From NCBI GenBank assembly GCA_044347345.1, contig JBIKUX010000006.1:1-64000 (forward strand): a stretch of 64,000 nt of DNA, written 5' to 3'. The notes beneath the pieces were generated by a model that saw only the letters and a list, made by a program, of their open reading frames with translations, ran no database searches and was not told the DNA's origin. The stretch comes from Bdellovibrionota bacterium. Lineage in GTDB: Bacteria; Bdellovibrionota_C; UBA2361; JBIKUX01. Shown here piece after piece: positions 7,743-18,964 of this stretch; positions within the stretch are counted from its first letter, which is position 1; every line of letters starts with the position of its first letter. The position numbers and the translations under genes were made by a program.

Positions 7743-10109
7743 CTATAGCAGTTCTAGTACACCTTTGATACGACGAGCCAAAACTACTGGAGAAAGACGT
7801 TTTGAAAGAAGACTAGATGCCCCATTGTTCAGACAATCAAGCTCATTATCAATATCATCATCAATCGTTAACATTATAACTGGAATATCTCGGGTAACTT
7901 TGTGTTTTTTAATTCGTCCCAAAAATTCTTTACCTGTCATTTCAGGCATGGACATATCACACAAAATTAAATCAGGACCATATTCCACAGCTTTATTAAA
8001 ACCCTCTGCACCATTTTCTGCCTCAATTATTTCTATAAAGTCCTTTCCGAGAAGCGCAGATACCATTTTACGAACACTTTCACTATCATCCACAAGCAAT
8101 ACGGCCTTTTTTTTGCCCTTAGCTTCTTTTTTCATCTCTGGAATTACTACTGACTCTACCGTAAGCTTTTCTGCTACAACCGCAGATACTGTAAACCTTT
8201 CTGATTCCGTACGTTCAACCGAAATATCACTAAAATTTCCGTCTATTGGCGCCATAGATATACTCTTTGTAGGGATGACTATTTCTCTTCCATCCAAGGG
8301 TCGGCGTAGATTATACTTTTGACCTAAAGAACCCTCTCCACCTAAGACAACATTAACTCCGCTAAACACTCGACTAGAGGATGCTCCTTCTCCATCCTTA
8401 CCGCGCTGAAGTGAATCTAGTTCAAGATAGGGTAGTAATTCGTCAATTGTTGTTTTCCCCTCACATAAATGATCAATCCCTGCCTCCTCGATTGTTCTGT
8501 AGCCGTTATCTCTTGCTACAGCCAATAATTGCTCGTGAGACGCTCCAAGAGCTATCATCTCTGCTACATCATCGATAACATGTAGGTAGCTATACAAACC
8601 TAACCTTCCCTTGTATCCAGTAAATGAACATCTCTCGCAACCAGCTCCCTTTTGAAAATTTGGAGATTCAACTTTATGATCTTTTATAATATTGTGTAAC
8701 TTCTCAATATCTGCCGCTGGTAGTGGCTCAGAACAAAACTCGCAGATCCTTCGAACCAAACGTTGTGCAATAATTCCTATTAAAGCCTGGGAAAAAACAG
8801 TCGGATCACCACCAAGTTGAGATAATCTAGTTACAGCTGACAAAGCATCGTTTGTATGAACTGTAGATAAAACCAAGTGACCAGTTTGTGCTGCCTGAAG
8901 CGTAGTTTTTAGAGTATCCTCATCGCGTATCTCTCCCACCATAATCACATCGGGATCTTGTCTCAAGATGGATCTTAGGGCAGAGGCGAATGTTACTCCT
9001 GCTGTATTATTAACTTGAATCTGATTTATTCCCTTAAACCGATACTCAACGGGGTCTTCAATAGTTGTAATGTTATGCCTCCCGTCATTTAAATGATTGA
9101 GTGCTACATATAGGGTAGTAGTCTTTCCAGAACCAGTTGGGCCAGTAACCAGAAACATCTTACCCTTTTTTGTTAGACCCTCGCGAAATCTCTTCTCAAC
9201 TTGGCTAGGCAATCCTAACTTACTTAAGTCACTACTTAATATTGCACCTCCAAGTACTCGAAGAACCAATTTTTCACCGTAAGACGTCGGAACACTCGAT
9301 ACACGAAGGTCAATATCTTTCTTTGCAATAAGAACACGCATACGGCCATCTTGAGGTTTGCGCCGTTCTGATAAATTCATTCTTGCTAGAACTTTAATAC
9401 GAGAAACAACATGAGATTGTAGCTTTTGGGGAATAGCAATTATATCTTGTAAGATTCCATCAATTCGGAATCGTACAAGCATGCTCTTTTGACCAGGCTC
9501 CATATGAATATCACTGGCTCCAAGATTCACCGCATCTACAAGAATCTTATTAGCCAACCTTATAATAGGCGGTTCTACAGAGGATTGATCCTTAAAATTA
9601 TCACCCTCCGAATTGATAGATACCAGCTCAATAACTTCCTCAGTCTCGTCAACCTTTAATGGATCAAATTCCTGCTGAGATAGATACTTTGTTAAAAGTC
9701 TAAGAATCTTCGTTTCTTCCGCTATAACGACTTTTATTTGTCGACCCAAAATAAACTCAAGGCTCTTTATATTTTCTATTTCACATGGATTAGCAGTTGC
9801 TACTAGTACTGAAGCTCCGTCATGAAAAAGCGGTATCAGTCGATTATTCCAACAAATTGAGCGCATAGCTGGACTTACAAAGTCTTTACATTGCAATTTA
9901 CTTATTGTTTCACTTGAATCAAGATCAACATATGCAGTATTTGTAGTTTTTGCTACAGCATCAATTGCTGCTTTCTCCGAAACTAAGCCTGCCTTTACAA
10001 GCAACCTTATTGGGCCTTCATTGTTGCTTGAATCGGGAATACTCTCTGGCTCAGAAGCTAAAAGTCCGTTTTCAATTAAAATTTTTGTAACCAGTCTTAT
10101 CCCTTTCAT
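7743..10109 (-). CDS. pilB: PilB/GspE-family assembly ATPase with C-terminal receiver domain
   Basis: ASDIH, GPTGSGKTT, TIEDPVEY, RQDPDVIMVGEIRD, two CxxC zinc motifs, and a C-terminal REC (VDD..CD..MP..T..K). Confidence 0.9.
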   Translation of the reverse strand: MKGIRLVTKILIENGLLASEPESIPDSSNNEGPIRLLVKAGLVSEKAAIDAVAKTTNTAYVDLDSSETISKLQCKDFVSPAMRSICWNNRLIPLFHDGASVLVATANPCEIENIKSLEFILGRQIKVVIAEETKILRLLTKYLSQQEFDPLKVDETEEVIELVSINSEGDNFKDQSSVEPPIIRLANKILVDAVNLGASDIHMEPGQKSMLVRFRIDGILQDIIAIPQKLQSHVVSRIKVLARMNLSERRKPQDGRMRVLIAKKDIDLRVSSVPTSYGEKLVLRVLGGAILSSDLSKLGLPSQVEKRFREGLTKKGKMFLVTGPTGSGKTTTLYVALNHLNDGRHNITTIEDPVEYRFKGINQIQVNNTAGVTFASALRSILRQDPDVIMVGEIRDEDTLKTTLQAAQTGHLVLSTVHTNDALSAVTRLSQLGGDPTVFSQALIGIIAQRLVRRICEFCSEPLPAADIEKLHNIIKDHKVESPNFQKGAGCERCSFTGYKGRLGLYSYLHVIDDVAEMIALGASHEQLLAVARDNGYRTIEEAGIDHLCEGKTTIDELLPYLELDSLQRGKDGEGASSSRVFSGVNVVLGGEGSLGQKYNLRRPLDGREIVIPTKSISMAPIDGNFSDISVERTESERFTVSAVVAEKLTVESVVIPEMKKEAKGKKKAVLLVDDSESVRKMVSALLGKDFIEIIEAENGAEGFNKAVEYGPDLILCDMSMPEMTGKEFLGRIKKHKVTRDIPVIMLTIDDDIDNELDCLNNGASSLLSKRLSPVVLARRIKGVLELL

Positions 10110-10271
10110 CCCCGTTGTAGCTCCTATAGAACTGGGTCAAAAAATTTCACTATTAGCAAGAGCTTCGTCATACGCCCGAAATTGCTAAATAGGTTACTAT
10201 AGGATGAAAAGTGCCCCTTAACCTCTATACTAAAATAGCCGAATTCCTTATTAACAGTTTATAAAGGGAAA

Positions 10272-10715
10272 ATGGCAAAAAAAAAATCTTCTTCCGGACG
10301 GCAATCTACCAACCTTCTTGTTACTGCTGTATCTATTCTACTTGTGAATGCTATCTTAGCCGGTATTATGAAATCAGTTAATAAGATTTCTGCAGATGCG
10401 GATTGTCAGAAAACGCTATCAAATATTTTAGAAAACCTTCCAGCTGTTAATGACCAAACACAAGACAACTCAAACGTTGTAATCTTAAATGCTAAAGGTC
10501 CAGCTAATCTAGATCGTCCTTTTGACCAAATAGATATCCCAAAAGGAGTAAGAGTATCACTTTTCTATCATCGTCGCTCATCTTTGGCAGGATTGCCGGT
10601 ACAACTGTCTCGAATTGAAGTAAGTCATTCTAGTACAAAGAGAATCTTCAGATATCTATCAGTAAATTCGATTAGCCTTAATCAAATTATTGATGAGTCA
10701 TCACAGAATTCATAG
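10272..10715 (+). CDS. hypothetical membrane-anchored protein
   Basis: Basic N-terminus followed by one hydrophobic segment. Confidence 0.6.
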   Translation: MAKKKSSSGRQSTNLLVTAVSILLVNAILAGIMKSVNKISADADCQKTLSNILENLPAVNDQTQDNSNVVILNAKGPANLDRPFDQIDIPKGVRVSLFYHRRSSLAGLPVQLSRIEVSHSSTKRIFRYLSVNSISLNQIIDESSQNS

Positions 10716-10735
10716 GTTGTTTAAAAGGAAGCTAA

Positions 10736-11401
10736 GTGGAACAGCCTTCATCTTTGATGCATAGCACCCAAAACGAGAACAAGGAAGATTCCGAATTTTC
10801 TCTATCCGCAATCACCGTTGCTAATTCTCACTTTGATCCAAGTGCTTTAATAAACAAACACGAATACTATGAACTTATGCGAGCCGCATTAGCGGAGGCA
10901 GAGCTTGAACTACAAAAAGAACTTAATACAAATAAAACTACTTCAAAAAAATTTTCTAGTCAGTCAAACGTTTCGCCACAGAGTAAAAATAAAATAATTC
11001 TTTTAGCTACGCTCTCTATTCTTGCTATCATAACTAATGCTGCATCTCAGTTTCTTATAGAAGAAGGTCAAAACAGCGTCGCTGCCAGAAGACAGATTGA
11101 AGAGACTTTTACCCATGAATCATCGCTTATCTACGCTACCGACTTTCTTTTTTCTAAGACAATCGCTAATCCAAATTCAGAAATTTTTCATAAAAACTTA
11201 GAGGATTTAAACCAAATTTTTGATTATAGGGTTCAGCACATTAAAAAATTAGCACATTTTAATATACAGGGTTTTAAAAACCTGGGTGAAAAAATCGTTT
11301 ATGAAAAGCAACTCGTCAAAAATGTTAATCCTGACCTAAAAAATAATAGCTCTGCCAATGAATTAGAAAATAATGAGAGTCAATTAAGTGATCCATTATA
11401 A
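10736..11401 (+). CDS. hypothetical single-pass membrane protein
   Basis: 221-aa ORF with a central hydrophobic helix. Confidence 0.6.
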   Translation: MEQPSSLMHSTQNENKEDSEFSLSAITVANSHFDPSALINKHEYYELMRAALAEAELELQKELNTNKTTSKKFSSQSNVSPQSKNKIILLATLSILAIITNAASQFLIEEGQNSVAARRQIEETFTHESSLIYATDFLFSKTIANPNSEIFHKNLEDLNQIFDYRVQHIKKLAHFNIQGFKNLGEKIVYEKQLVKNVNPDLKNNSSANELENNESQLSDPL

Positions 11402-11486
11402 AATTGGTTTAATATCAATTATATTAAATACTTAATTTTATTTTTATTACAATGAATTTTTGTTTTTCTTTCCTTTTATTGTGCGT

Positions 11487-14414
11487 CTACTGTGTAGAAA
11501 TTTCATGATTACTGCGGATCCAAGGAATTTGCTCCGGCTTTTGGGCAGTAAAAGAGTTTAGAGGAAGTGCTGTAAAGCTTGCTACACCAGAATTACCAAA
11601 ACCATTACGGCTATTTCCAAAAATTGAAGGGGAGCTCAAAGCTGAATGAGAAAAAAGAAGACGTAAACGAGATCCACCTGCAGTTACAACAAACGGTGAA
11701 TAAGCGAGACCAACTGATCCAAGTCTTATCATCCCTACTTGAATAACGTGATTACCACCAATTCTAACATCATTTTCAGACAACTCTCCAAACGGAGCAT
11801 TAAGATCAAACAAAGGCGCAGCTATACCTTGCTGTACAGCAGTAGTTATATTTGTTGCACCATCTGGTAAGGCTCCATTCACGAAAATTCCTGCCTCTGG
11901 TTTACTTGAATCAATTAGTACACCAGCTCCAGAGCGAGCATCAAAAGGTAATAAAAAGGCTTCAAGCTCGGCACCAACACATCGGTTATCTGGAGGAGCA
12001 ATTACAGTGGGCATCAATATGGCTCCTCCAACGTTTAAAGCTTCATCAATAACAAATCCAGCAGGATTATAATAACCATTTAAGACTTGGGATGTTAGAG
12101 CCAATGGGATTATGAAGCCAGAAGCAGTTTGAGGAATTTGAAATACCTTTGCTCCTCTTGCTGATTTTCTAAGAGAACCAGAAATATTACCAAGCTGCTG
12201 ATTTACCAACTGACTTCTTTGAACACCACTTCGAGTAGATTGATAATTATCAATACCCGTATTAAGCGGATCGAGAATACCCACTATTTCTTGTGAAAAC
12301 TGTTGCATAGTGCGTACATCACCGGCACTACGCCAACGACCAGTACCCCAATATACTCCTATAGCTAGAGGTGGTATAGTTTGTGTGTCTTCAGGATTAT
12401 AATTTGGATTTTCAACTAACACCGCTACTGGCCGAGTTGAAATAGGATGGTTTGCATCACCAGCAAAGAGACGAGAGACTGTCCAAGCTGTTGGGTATCC
12501 AACAGTATGAATACGAAAAACATCTCCAGCTTCGTCAGCCAAGTAAAGTCTATCGGTGTCGGGATTGATATCACTTTGAACTGCACGAACCCCACTTGTA
12601 CGAGTTCCTACAGGAGCGGTTCGGCTTACTGGAATAATTATAGGAGATGAAGATAACGAATTTAGATTAAATACAGCCAAAGATGTCCCTGATGCTGAAC
12701 CAGATGCACCACTACCGACCACCATCCACCACTGATATCTTGATGGAGATTCGGATGGATTACCGGTTACTACTAATTCGGGATGAGTTGAACTATCTCC
12801 TAAACCAACTGGAATAATAACTTCACCCAAGAGAGTAGGTAGTACTCTATTAGTAATATCAAGAACAACGTATGCCCTCTCACTCTCACCTAAACCAAAA
12901 AAAGCAATAGTACGCCAACTGCCACCAATAAACGCATCTCTCACAGTTATTTGACCGTCAACAAAAGAACGACGAAAGTTTGTGTTGTAATCAACACGTG
13001 CAAGACGCTCAAGGTGAGGAACGACCGTACTTGGAATATAACCCCATACTTCATTGCCATTCTGAGCATCAAAAGCGTGAAGTATCCCGTCATTTCCGCC
13101 AATCAGTGCCAATAATCTCGTATTATTTTGGCTTTGCACAAACTCACGGTAACCAACAAGGTTATCAAATTGATTCATTCCACCAGTGGTGGCAATAACC
13201 GGCTTTGATGATACAAAGTCACCGAAATCATTATTGCCACCATTTCCGTCTCTATCTCTTATACGAAGCCCGCTTTGAGGCATACCATTAGTAAAATTTA
13301 TTAATAGTTGAGCAGCCGTAACATTTCTACTCTGAAGGGGTGCAGCAAGAGATGAGATAGGTTCTTGTGAGGGAAATCTCGAAAATAATCGTGTAGCAAA
13401 GAGAGACGCATTATATATAGAAAATGGCGCCGCTTGGGTTGTTATCCCATCTCCATCGGGATCATGGCCAGCAATAAGTGCTCTAGGTGACCTAGTAAGA
13501 TTACGCTTATAATAAACCTCTACTACATTAATAGTATGCTGTTGCAAACCATTACTACTAAATCGGTATAGGTCAAGGTTGCCTGTCCAAAAATCTGCAC
13601 GAAAACGGGGTCTAACAATAATATTTTGATTATCCAGTCTAACTGGAGCAGAAATTCCAGCACCAGCTAGTTCGCTAACAATAATTTGATTTCCATTTGA
13701 ACATGCACCCACTGGTTTAGTAATAAAAGGTATGCGAATCCCTAAAGTGGGTGTTGCAGTTGGAGTAGGACTCGGTGTTGGAGTTGCAGTCGGCCGGGGA
13801 GTTGGAGTCAACGTCGGTCTCGGCCTTAGAGTTGGAGTTGCAGTCGGCCGGGGAGTTGGAGTCAACGTCGGTCTCGGCCTTAGAGTTGCAGTTGCAGTCG
13901 GCCGAGGAGTTGGAGTCAACGTCGGTCTCGGCACTAGAGTTGCAGTTACAGTTGCAGTTGCAGTCGGCCGAGGAGTTGGAGTCAACGTCGGTCTCGGCAC
14001 TAGAGTTGCAGTTACAGTTGCAGTCGGTCGGGGAGTTGGAGTCAACGTCGGTCTCGGCACTAGAGTTGCAGTTGCAGTCGGTCGGAGAGTTGGAGTCAAC
14101 GTCGGTCTCGGCACTAGAGTTGCAGTTGCAGTTGCAGTTGCAGTCGGTCGGGGAGTTGGAGTTGAGCTTTGAACTGGCGTGGGCTGCCGAGTGGGGAAAG
14201 GGAAAAAAGTAGGAAAGACGGGCGTTCTTACTCTTGGAGGCCGAGTAGAGGTAGGTGGTCTTATGCCAGAACCGACAGAAGGATAAACTGGAATAGAAGT
14301 ACTATTAGGTGGTACTTGAGCAAAAGCAGACGCTATGAATACTAACTCAATCAGTACTAGTCCTAAAAAATAATAGTAACATATAGTTAAAACTTGATAA
14401 GTCCTAAAATTCAT
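11487..14414 (-). CDS. pilY1: PilY1/PilC-like pilus tip protein with Pro/Thr/Arg repeat stalk
   Basis: Signal peptide (AFA-Q), [23 protein letters not shown] and VDG PilC beta-propeller motifs; last gene of a minor-pilin cluster. Confidence 0.85.
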   Translation of the reverse strand: MNFRTYQVLTICYYYFLGLVLIELVFIASAFAQVPPNSTSIPVYPSVGSGIRPPTSTRPPRVRTPVFPTFFPFPTRQPTPVQSSTPTPRPTATATATATLVPRPTLTPTLRPTATATLVPRPTLTPTPRPTATVTATLVPRPTLTPTPRPTATATVTATLVPRPTLTPTPRPTATATLRPRPTLTPTPRPTATPTLRPRPTLTPTPRPTATPTPSPTPTATPTLGIRIPFITKPVGACSNGNQIIVSELAGAGISAPVRLDNQNIIVRPRFRADFWTGNLDLYRFSSNGLQQHTINVVEVYYKRNLTRSPRALIAGHDPDGDGITTQAAPFSIYNASLFATRLFSRFPSQEPISSLAAPLQSRNVTAAQLLINFTNGMPQSGLRIRDRDGNGGNNDFGDFVSSKPVIATTGGMNQFDNLVGYREFVQSQNNTRLLALIGGNDGILHAFDAQNGNEVWGYIPSTVVPHLERLARVDYNTNFRRSFVDGQITVRDAFIGGSWRTIAFFGLGESERAYVVLDITNRVLPTLLGEVIIPVGLGDSSTHPELVVTGNPSESPSRYQWWMVVGSGASGSASGTSLAVFNLNSLSSSPIIIPVSRTAPVGTRTSGVRAVQSDINPDTDRLYLADEAGDVFRIHTVGYPTAWTVSRLFAGDANHPISTRPVAVLVENPNYNPEDTQTIPPLAIGVYWGTGRWRSAGDVRTMQQFSQEIVGILDPLNTGIDNYQSTRSGVQRSQLVNQQLGNISGSLRKSARGAKVFQIPQTASGFIIPLALTSQVLNGYYNPAGFVIDEALNVGGAILMPTVIAPPDNRCVGAELEAFLLPFDARSGAGVLIDSSKPEAGIFVNGALPDGATNITTAVQQGIAAPLFDLNAPFGELSENDVRIGGNHVIQVGMIRLGSVGLAYSPFVVTAGGSRLRLLFSHSALSSPSIFGNSRNGFGNSGVASFTALPLNSFTAQKPEQIPWIRSNHEISTQ
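13745..14165 (-). repeat. coding tandem repeat, about 6 x RPTAT(AT)[12 protein letters not shown]
   Basis: Six near-identical GAGTTGGAGTCAACGTCGGTCTCGGC cores with 54-66-bp spacing, varying by GTTGCA hexamers. Confidence 0.95.
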
Positions 14415-14446
14415 ACATTATCTATCCTTTTTTCCAATCAAGATTT

Positions 14447-15184
14447 TCAAGTTTCTGGAAGGTCAATTAAAACAACTCGAACGTGCCTCCCTACTTTACT
14501 ACCTAGCTTCCCTTGAGAATAAATGGTTACCCGAAAACTTATAATTTGCGAGCTGATAACATCTCCAAATGTTACTCCAAGAGTAGATAATCCAGGCGAA
14601 ACATTTTGAAGACGCTCCACTTGATACCAAACTAATACATTGTCAAAAGTAAAATCTGGTGGAGGTTGAATACCATCCCAAGGTAGTTGATCAACAATAC
14701 TTTTGCGTGTATCGACAAAAGTTGCTGGCGGAGGATTACCGGTAGTGATAGATCCTAAATTTTTAATAATACCTCCCCCAATTGGATAAAGATGTCGCTC
14801 ACATCCTGGTAGGCGCACACCCCTTGTCATAATACACGACGGTGTACCATTCGATGCAATCAAGGAAAGTGGTGAATAAGACGTATACCCAGAAGGCAAC
14901 GATGCTAGTCGCGGCAATGAGTGCCAATATAAAGGGTCACTTCTTACTATATTTATTACTTGCTGTAAGACAAAATCACTGTACGCCTGATGAGCGTAAT
15001 TTTTATTTAGTAAAGATGAATCCCTAAGAGTATTAATTGCTACCATTGAAATAGAGGCAGATAAAAAACCGACTGTCATTACCATAAGCAGTACTAGAGG
15101 TAAGACAAAACCACTCTGCTTAGATCTAAAGTCAGTTTCTGCTTTTATTTCACTAACTCCAGATACATCAATTTTAAAAACCAT
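14447..15184 (-). CDS. PilX-like minor pilin
   Basis: G|FVLPLVLL class III signal lacking Glu5. Confidence 0.75.
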   Translation of the reverse strand: MVFKIDVSGVSEIKAETDFRSKQSGFVLPLVLLMVMTVGFLSASISMVAINTLRDSSLLNKNYAHQAYSDFVLQQVINIVRSDPLYWHSLPRLASLPSGYTSYSPLSLIASNGTPSCIMTRGVRLPGCERHLYPIGGGIIKNLGSITTGNPPPATFVDTRKSIVDQLPWDGIQPPPDFTFDNVLVWYQVERLQNVSPGLSTLGVTFGDVISSQIISFRVTIYSQGKLGSKVGRHVRVVLIDLPET

Positions 15185-15186
15185 TG

Positions 15187-15822
15187 CTATCTACCTATAG
15201 TTAAAACAGCTTGAAACTGATCAAGTACCGGAAGAAGTTCAAGGCTGTTGCCCTGCTTTGATTGTAAAGAAACCAACACAGCTTTATCTTCTACTTTTTT
15301 AAATACAGGCTCTAAATTGCCAACTTGAGATTTAATCTGCTCTACAGATGATGCAATTGGAAACAATAGCGAAGTATGCAAAGGTGAAGTAGAGGGAAGG
15401 CGACACGAATTGCTTGGGAGCGTTACTTCACCACGATATAGCACTTTATTTAAAGGATTATACTGATATCCTACCCAAAGGTTAACCCGACCATTTGTTA
15501 CATGATTGTCATAACTTGCAATGAATGTAATTGAAAAAGGTGATACGTTAATCAGTTTTCTGCAATCAAGTAAACTTGCATTAAGCGGAACGATATAAGG
15601 AGAGAGACTATATGCTGAATGTAGTTCCTTACTAAGAGTATGAATAGCTCGACTTAATTCTGAGATATTTCTAGCTCTATATTCTTCTTTACTCACTAGT
15701 CTCGTAAGCTCTAATGTGGCTTTTGTTACCATTATTCCAACTAAAGAAATTAGAGAAACCGTCACCAAAAGTTCAAAAATTGAGTAACCGGCGTCGTAAA
15801 GCTTATAATCTTTTTGCCTCAT
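15187..15822 (-). CDS. PilW-like minor pilin
   Basis: G|YSIFELL prepilin motif. Confidence 0.75.
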   Translation of the reverse strand: MRQKDYKLYDAGYSIFELLVTVSLISLVGIMVTKATLELTRLVSKEEYRARNISELSRAIHTLSKELHSAYSLSPYIVPLNASLLDCRKLINVSPFSITFIASYDNHVTNGRVNLWVGYQYNPLNKVLYRGEVTLPSNSCRLPSTSPLHTSLLFPIASSVEQIKSQVGNLEPVFKKVEDKAVLVSLQSKQGNSLELLPVLDQFQAVLTIGR

Positions 15823-16277
15823 AATATTCCTACAGGCAAAATCAACGCTCTTACAACAGATAGTTTTTCAGGTAACACTCCTCTCTTCTGTTTAACTGTA
15901 ACTTCAACAGCAACAGCATCAGGAAAACGTGATGTTATTGCCCTTATAGCTGAGAGTTTAACGATGAATGTAGCTAAACTTTGCGCTTCGTAGCGCTCTT
16001 CAACTATCACTGACTCACCATCAGATATAGCTGATGGATATTTCTTAAACTCTTTTAAAACCTCAAGAAAAGGTTTTGACTTTTTACTTGCAATTATTGA
16101 TTTTGCCGTTAGGTCTGCAATAGTTGCTCGCCTGTAGCTTGAGTTTACATTGAAAGCAAATTGTATGATCGGACCCAGACTCATTATAACAACAGAAAAT
16201 ATAACAATTGAAACCAATAGCTCAATTAGCGAAGTTCCAATCTCATACATCCTAGACTTATGGTTGCTTCTAATCAT
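15819..16277 (-). CDS. PilV-like minor pilin
   Basis: G|TSLIELL prepilin motif. Confidence 0.75.
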   Translation of the reverse strand: MIRSNHKSRMYEIGTSLIELLVSIVIFSVVIMSLGPIIQFAFNVNSSYRRATIADLTAKSIIASKKSKPFLEVLKEFKKYPSAISDGESVIVEERYEAQSLATFIVKLSAIRAITSRFPDAVAVEVTVKQKRGVLPEKLSVVRALILPVGIL

Positions 16278-16750
16278 TGAGACTCGACCATGCCACTTGG
16301 GCTTATAAAAAAAGAATAGGCAAATTTACCACTAACTAATTTTATAGAGGTTCGTGCTACGAGCCCTCGAGTAAAACCAAAAGAATTGAATTTAAATCTC
16401 AGAACCTCTCCTGGTCCAGAGGTTTGACTACTAGGATTTGCTTGAATAAAAACCGATTTTGGCGTTGAGTAAGAGCCTATATTTTGGTTCGGATTTACTG
16501 AGCTTCTCCAGCTAACCATAAATTGAGTTACTACTACATCAATCTCCTCACTTCGAAACATTGCAAGCGCCCTAATGTGGCGAAATGTAGCTTCAACATT
16601 TTTTTTTGCCAAACTTACCCGATCTGCTCTACCTCTCTCCCCTAAACTTACGGCAGTTAAGCCAATTAAAATTGTGGCTAGGCATATAACCACTAACAAC
16701 TCAACGAGCGAAAAGCCAAGTAACGACCTTCGCGAATTCATAGCTGTCAT
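16274..16750 (-). CDS. FimT/FimU/GspH-like minor pilin
   Basis: G|FSLVELL motif; FxFNSFG and ISPSG C-terminal motifs. Confidence 0.8.
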   Translation of the reverse strand: MTAMNSRRSLLGFSLVELLVVICLATILIGLTAVSLGERGRADRVSLAKKNVEATFRHIRALAMFRSEEIDVVVTQFMVSWRSSVNPNQNIGSYSTPKSVFIQANPSSQTSGPGEVLRFKFNSFGFTRGLVARTSIKLVSGKFAYSFFISPSGMVESQ

Positions 16751-16994
16751 CTACCAAACTAACTGATTATTAGCATGAGGTAATTCTTAATTTATACTCA
16801 GTCAATTAGGTAGTCGCCAACTAAGAAAAATTTCTAAACAATCAAAATCACATTGGATTAAATTAGCAATTAATAATTACTCACAAGATAAGTGCTAATC
16901 GCTATATTTTTGGTTTATTTGAATTTTTAGGCCATAATAGCCAAATTAGCAGGCATATCTAAGGAAATTTGTTAGTTCATTTTTAGGTCTTATT

Positions 16995-17984
16995 GTGATT
17001 CAAGAAAAAAAAAATATTCCCCGTGTTCTTACGGGTATTAGAACTTCCGGTAACATACATTTGGGTAATTTTTTTGGAATGATTGAGCCAGCACTCCGGT
17101 GGCAAGAAAAAGCCGAATGCTTCTTTTTTTTGGCAGATCTCCATTCACTAACCACGCTTAAAGATCCTAAGCTTCTAAATATATATACCTTTGATACCGT
17201 AGCTACGTGGCTTGCTCTTGGTTTTGATGAATCAAAACATCTCTTATACAGACAATCGGATCTTCCAGAAGTTACAGAATTAGCCTGGTACCTAAGCTGC
17301 GTTACAGGAATGGGTTTACTTCAAAAAGCTCACGCCTACAAAGATGCGCAATCAAAACAAAATGAGCTTAATCACGGTGTTTTTGCCTATCCTGTCCTGA
17401 TGGCTGCTGACATCTTGCTTTACGATGCAACCATTGTTCCAGTAGGAAAAGACCAAAAACAACATGTCGAAATAGCAAAAGACATAGCAGGTTCATTTAA
17501 CGCTATTTTTGGGCCAGAAGTACTGGTTCTACCCGAACCAGTCATAGAGGAAAAGGTCATGACTATACCTGGGCTTGACGGCCGAAAAATGTCTAAATCA
17601 TACGGTAATGAAATTCCTTTTTTTTCTGATTCCGTTGCTTTAAAAAAACTTGTTATGAGTATCACAACCGATTCATCTGCTCTTGAGGAATCAAAAGAAT
17701 TAGATGGGACACTAGTTGGAGCTCTGTTCGAGCTAGTTACTTCTAGCAAAGAATATACCTCACTCCGAGAGCGACTTTGGGCAGGAGGATACGGATGGGG
17801 TCATGCTAAGCTTGAACTTTTTGAGAGACTTGAGGCAAAAATTAAACCTTTAAGAGAGGAATATTTAAAATTAAGAACTGATGAATCTCATCTCAAATCA
17901 GTTCTAACTAGATGCGCTGAACAAGCTAGGGTAATAGGAGATAAAACTTTACGGCGAGTGAGGTCAGCAGTAGGTATACGCTAA
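16995..17984 (+). CDS. trpS: tryptophanyl-tRNA synthetase
   Basis: HLGN, YPVLMAADILLY, VPVGKDQKQH, KMSKS. Confidence 0.97.
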   Translation: MIQEKKNIPRVLTGIRTSGNIHLGNFFGMIEPALRWQEKAECFFFLADLHSLTTLKDPKLLNIYTFDTVATWLALGFDESKHLLYRQSDLPEVTELAWYLSCVTGMGLLQKAHAYKDAQSKQNELNHGVFAYPVLMAADILLYDATIVPVGKDQKQHVEIAKDIAGSFNAIFGPEVLVLPEPVIEEKVMTIPGLDGRKMSKSYGNEIPFFSDSVALKKLVMSITTDSSALEESKELDGTLVGALFELVTSSKEYTSLRERLWAGGYGWGHAKLELFERLEAKIKPLREEYLKLRTDESHLKSVLTRCAEQARVIGDKTLRRVRSAVGIR

Positions 17985-18015
17985 TTAAACTGTAATTTTT
18001 CCAAAAATGAGAGGG

Positions 18016-18879
18016 TTAGCCCCCTAGAAGCTGAAGAGCTAGCTGAGGTTGCTGATTTGCCTGAGCAAGAATCGCTGTACCTGCCTGTTGCAAAATATTG
18101 AGGCGAGTAAGCTCTGCAGCTTCAGAAGCAACATCAACATCACGAATCCGGCTTTCAGCAGAGATAAAGTTTTCGCGAGCCACCTGCATATTTTGAATGG
18201 TAGTAACAAGGCGGCTTTCGGCAGCTCCTAAGGTACCTCTATTTCGTGTAACAGATACTACGGCTAAACGAATAGCATCTATTGCAAGTCTTGCGGCTGA
18301 TTGGGATTCTTCAGAGGTACTAGCAAGAATCGAATAAGTATGAACCGAGGTATTTGTGGTAGCCAGACCTAGGGCTGCTAAAGTTGCTTGAACACCTGAG
18401 TAGGTAATTTGAGATAATGACGTACCATCAAATCCTACCTGAAAGGTCACATTAGTTCCTCCGCTTAGGAGGCGTAGCCCATTAAACTCAGTTGTATAAG
18501 CAATTCGCTCTATCTCACTCGTAAGTGCCGTAAACTCTAGTTGTAGTGCTGATCTCTGTGCATTAGTGTAAACACCATTTGCAGATTGCGATGCTAGCTC
18601 ACCAAGTCTACTTAAAATATTAGTGATTTCCCCAATAGCACCATCAGTAATGGCTACAGTAGAAATGCCGTCACTAGCATTTCTCATAGCAACACTAGCT
18701 ACCCGAGAATCTACCTTTAGACTCTCTGCTATAGCTAACCCAGCAGCATCGTCACTAGCATTATTTATCCGCAAACCCGATGATAAGCGCTGAAATGAGC
18801 GCTGAAGTCCTCGTGTAGTGCGGCCAAGAGCCCCTTGGGCATTCACCGAGGGGAGATTAGTCCTAATATTTAGCGTCAT
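18016..18879 (-). CDS. fliC: flagellin, minimal (287 aa)
   Basis: RLSSGLRINNASDDAAGLAI N-terminus and ESRIRDVD..QANQQPQLALQLL C-terminus. Confidence 0.95.
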   Translation of the reverse strand: MTLNIRTNLPSVNAQGALGRTTRGLQRSFQRLSSGLRINNASDDAAGLAIAESLKVDSRVASVAMRNASDGISTVAITDGAIGEITNILSRLGELASQSANGVYTNAQRSALQLEFTALTSEIERIAYTTEFNGLRLLSGGTNVTFQVGFDGTSLSQITYSGVQATLAALGLATTNTSVHTYSILASTSEESQSAARLAIDAIRLAVVSVTRNRGTLGAAESRLVTTIQNMQVARENFISAESRIRDVDVASEAAELTRLNILQQAGTAILAQANQQPQLALQLLGG

Positions 18880-18964
18880 CCGAGCCTACTCCTCATCCGT
18901 GGCCTAGCTCTAAGTTTTGGTACTACTACGAATTTACACTTCTACAACTTAACTAACTAACTTC

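Noticed and set aside
7735-8322. 195-aa plus-strand ORF
   Set aside because: Antisense to the pilB REC domain, with no motif of its own.
13745-14165. Possible CRISPR array
   Set aside because: The intervening sequences are near-identical in-frame coding repeats rather than unique spacers, and no cas genes are present.
13732-14212. Plus-strand ORFs with VGVAVG or ELQLQS repeats
   Set aside because: Antisense shadows of the pilY1 Pro/Thr repeat.
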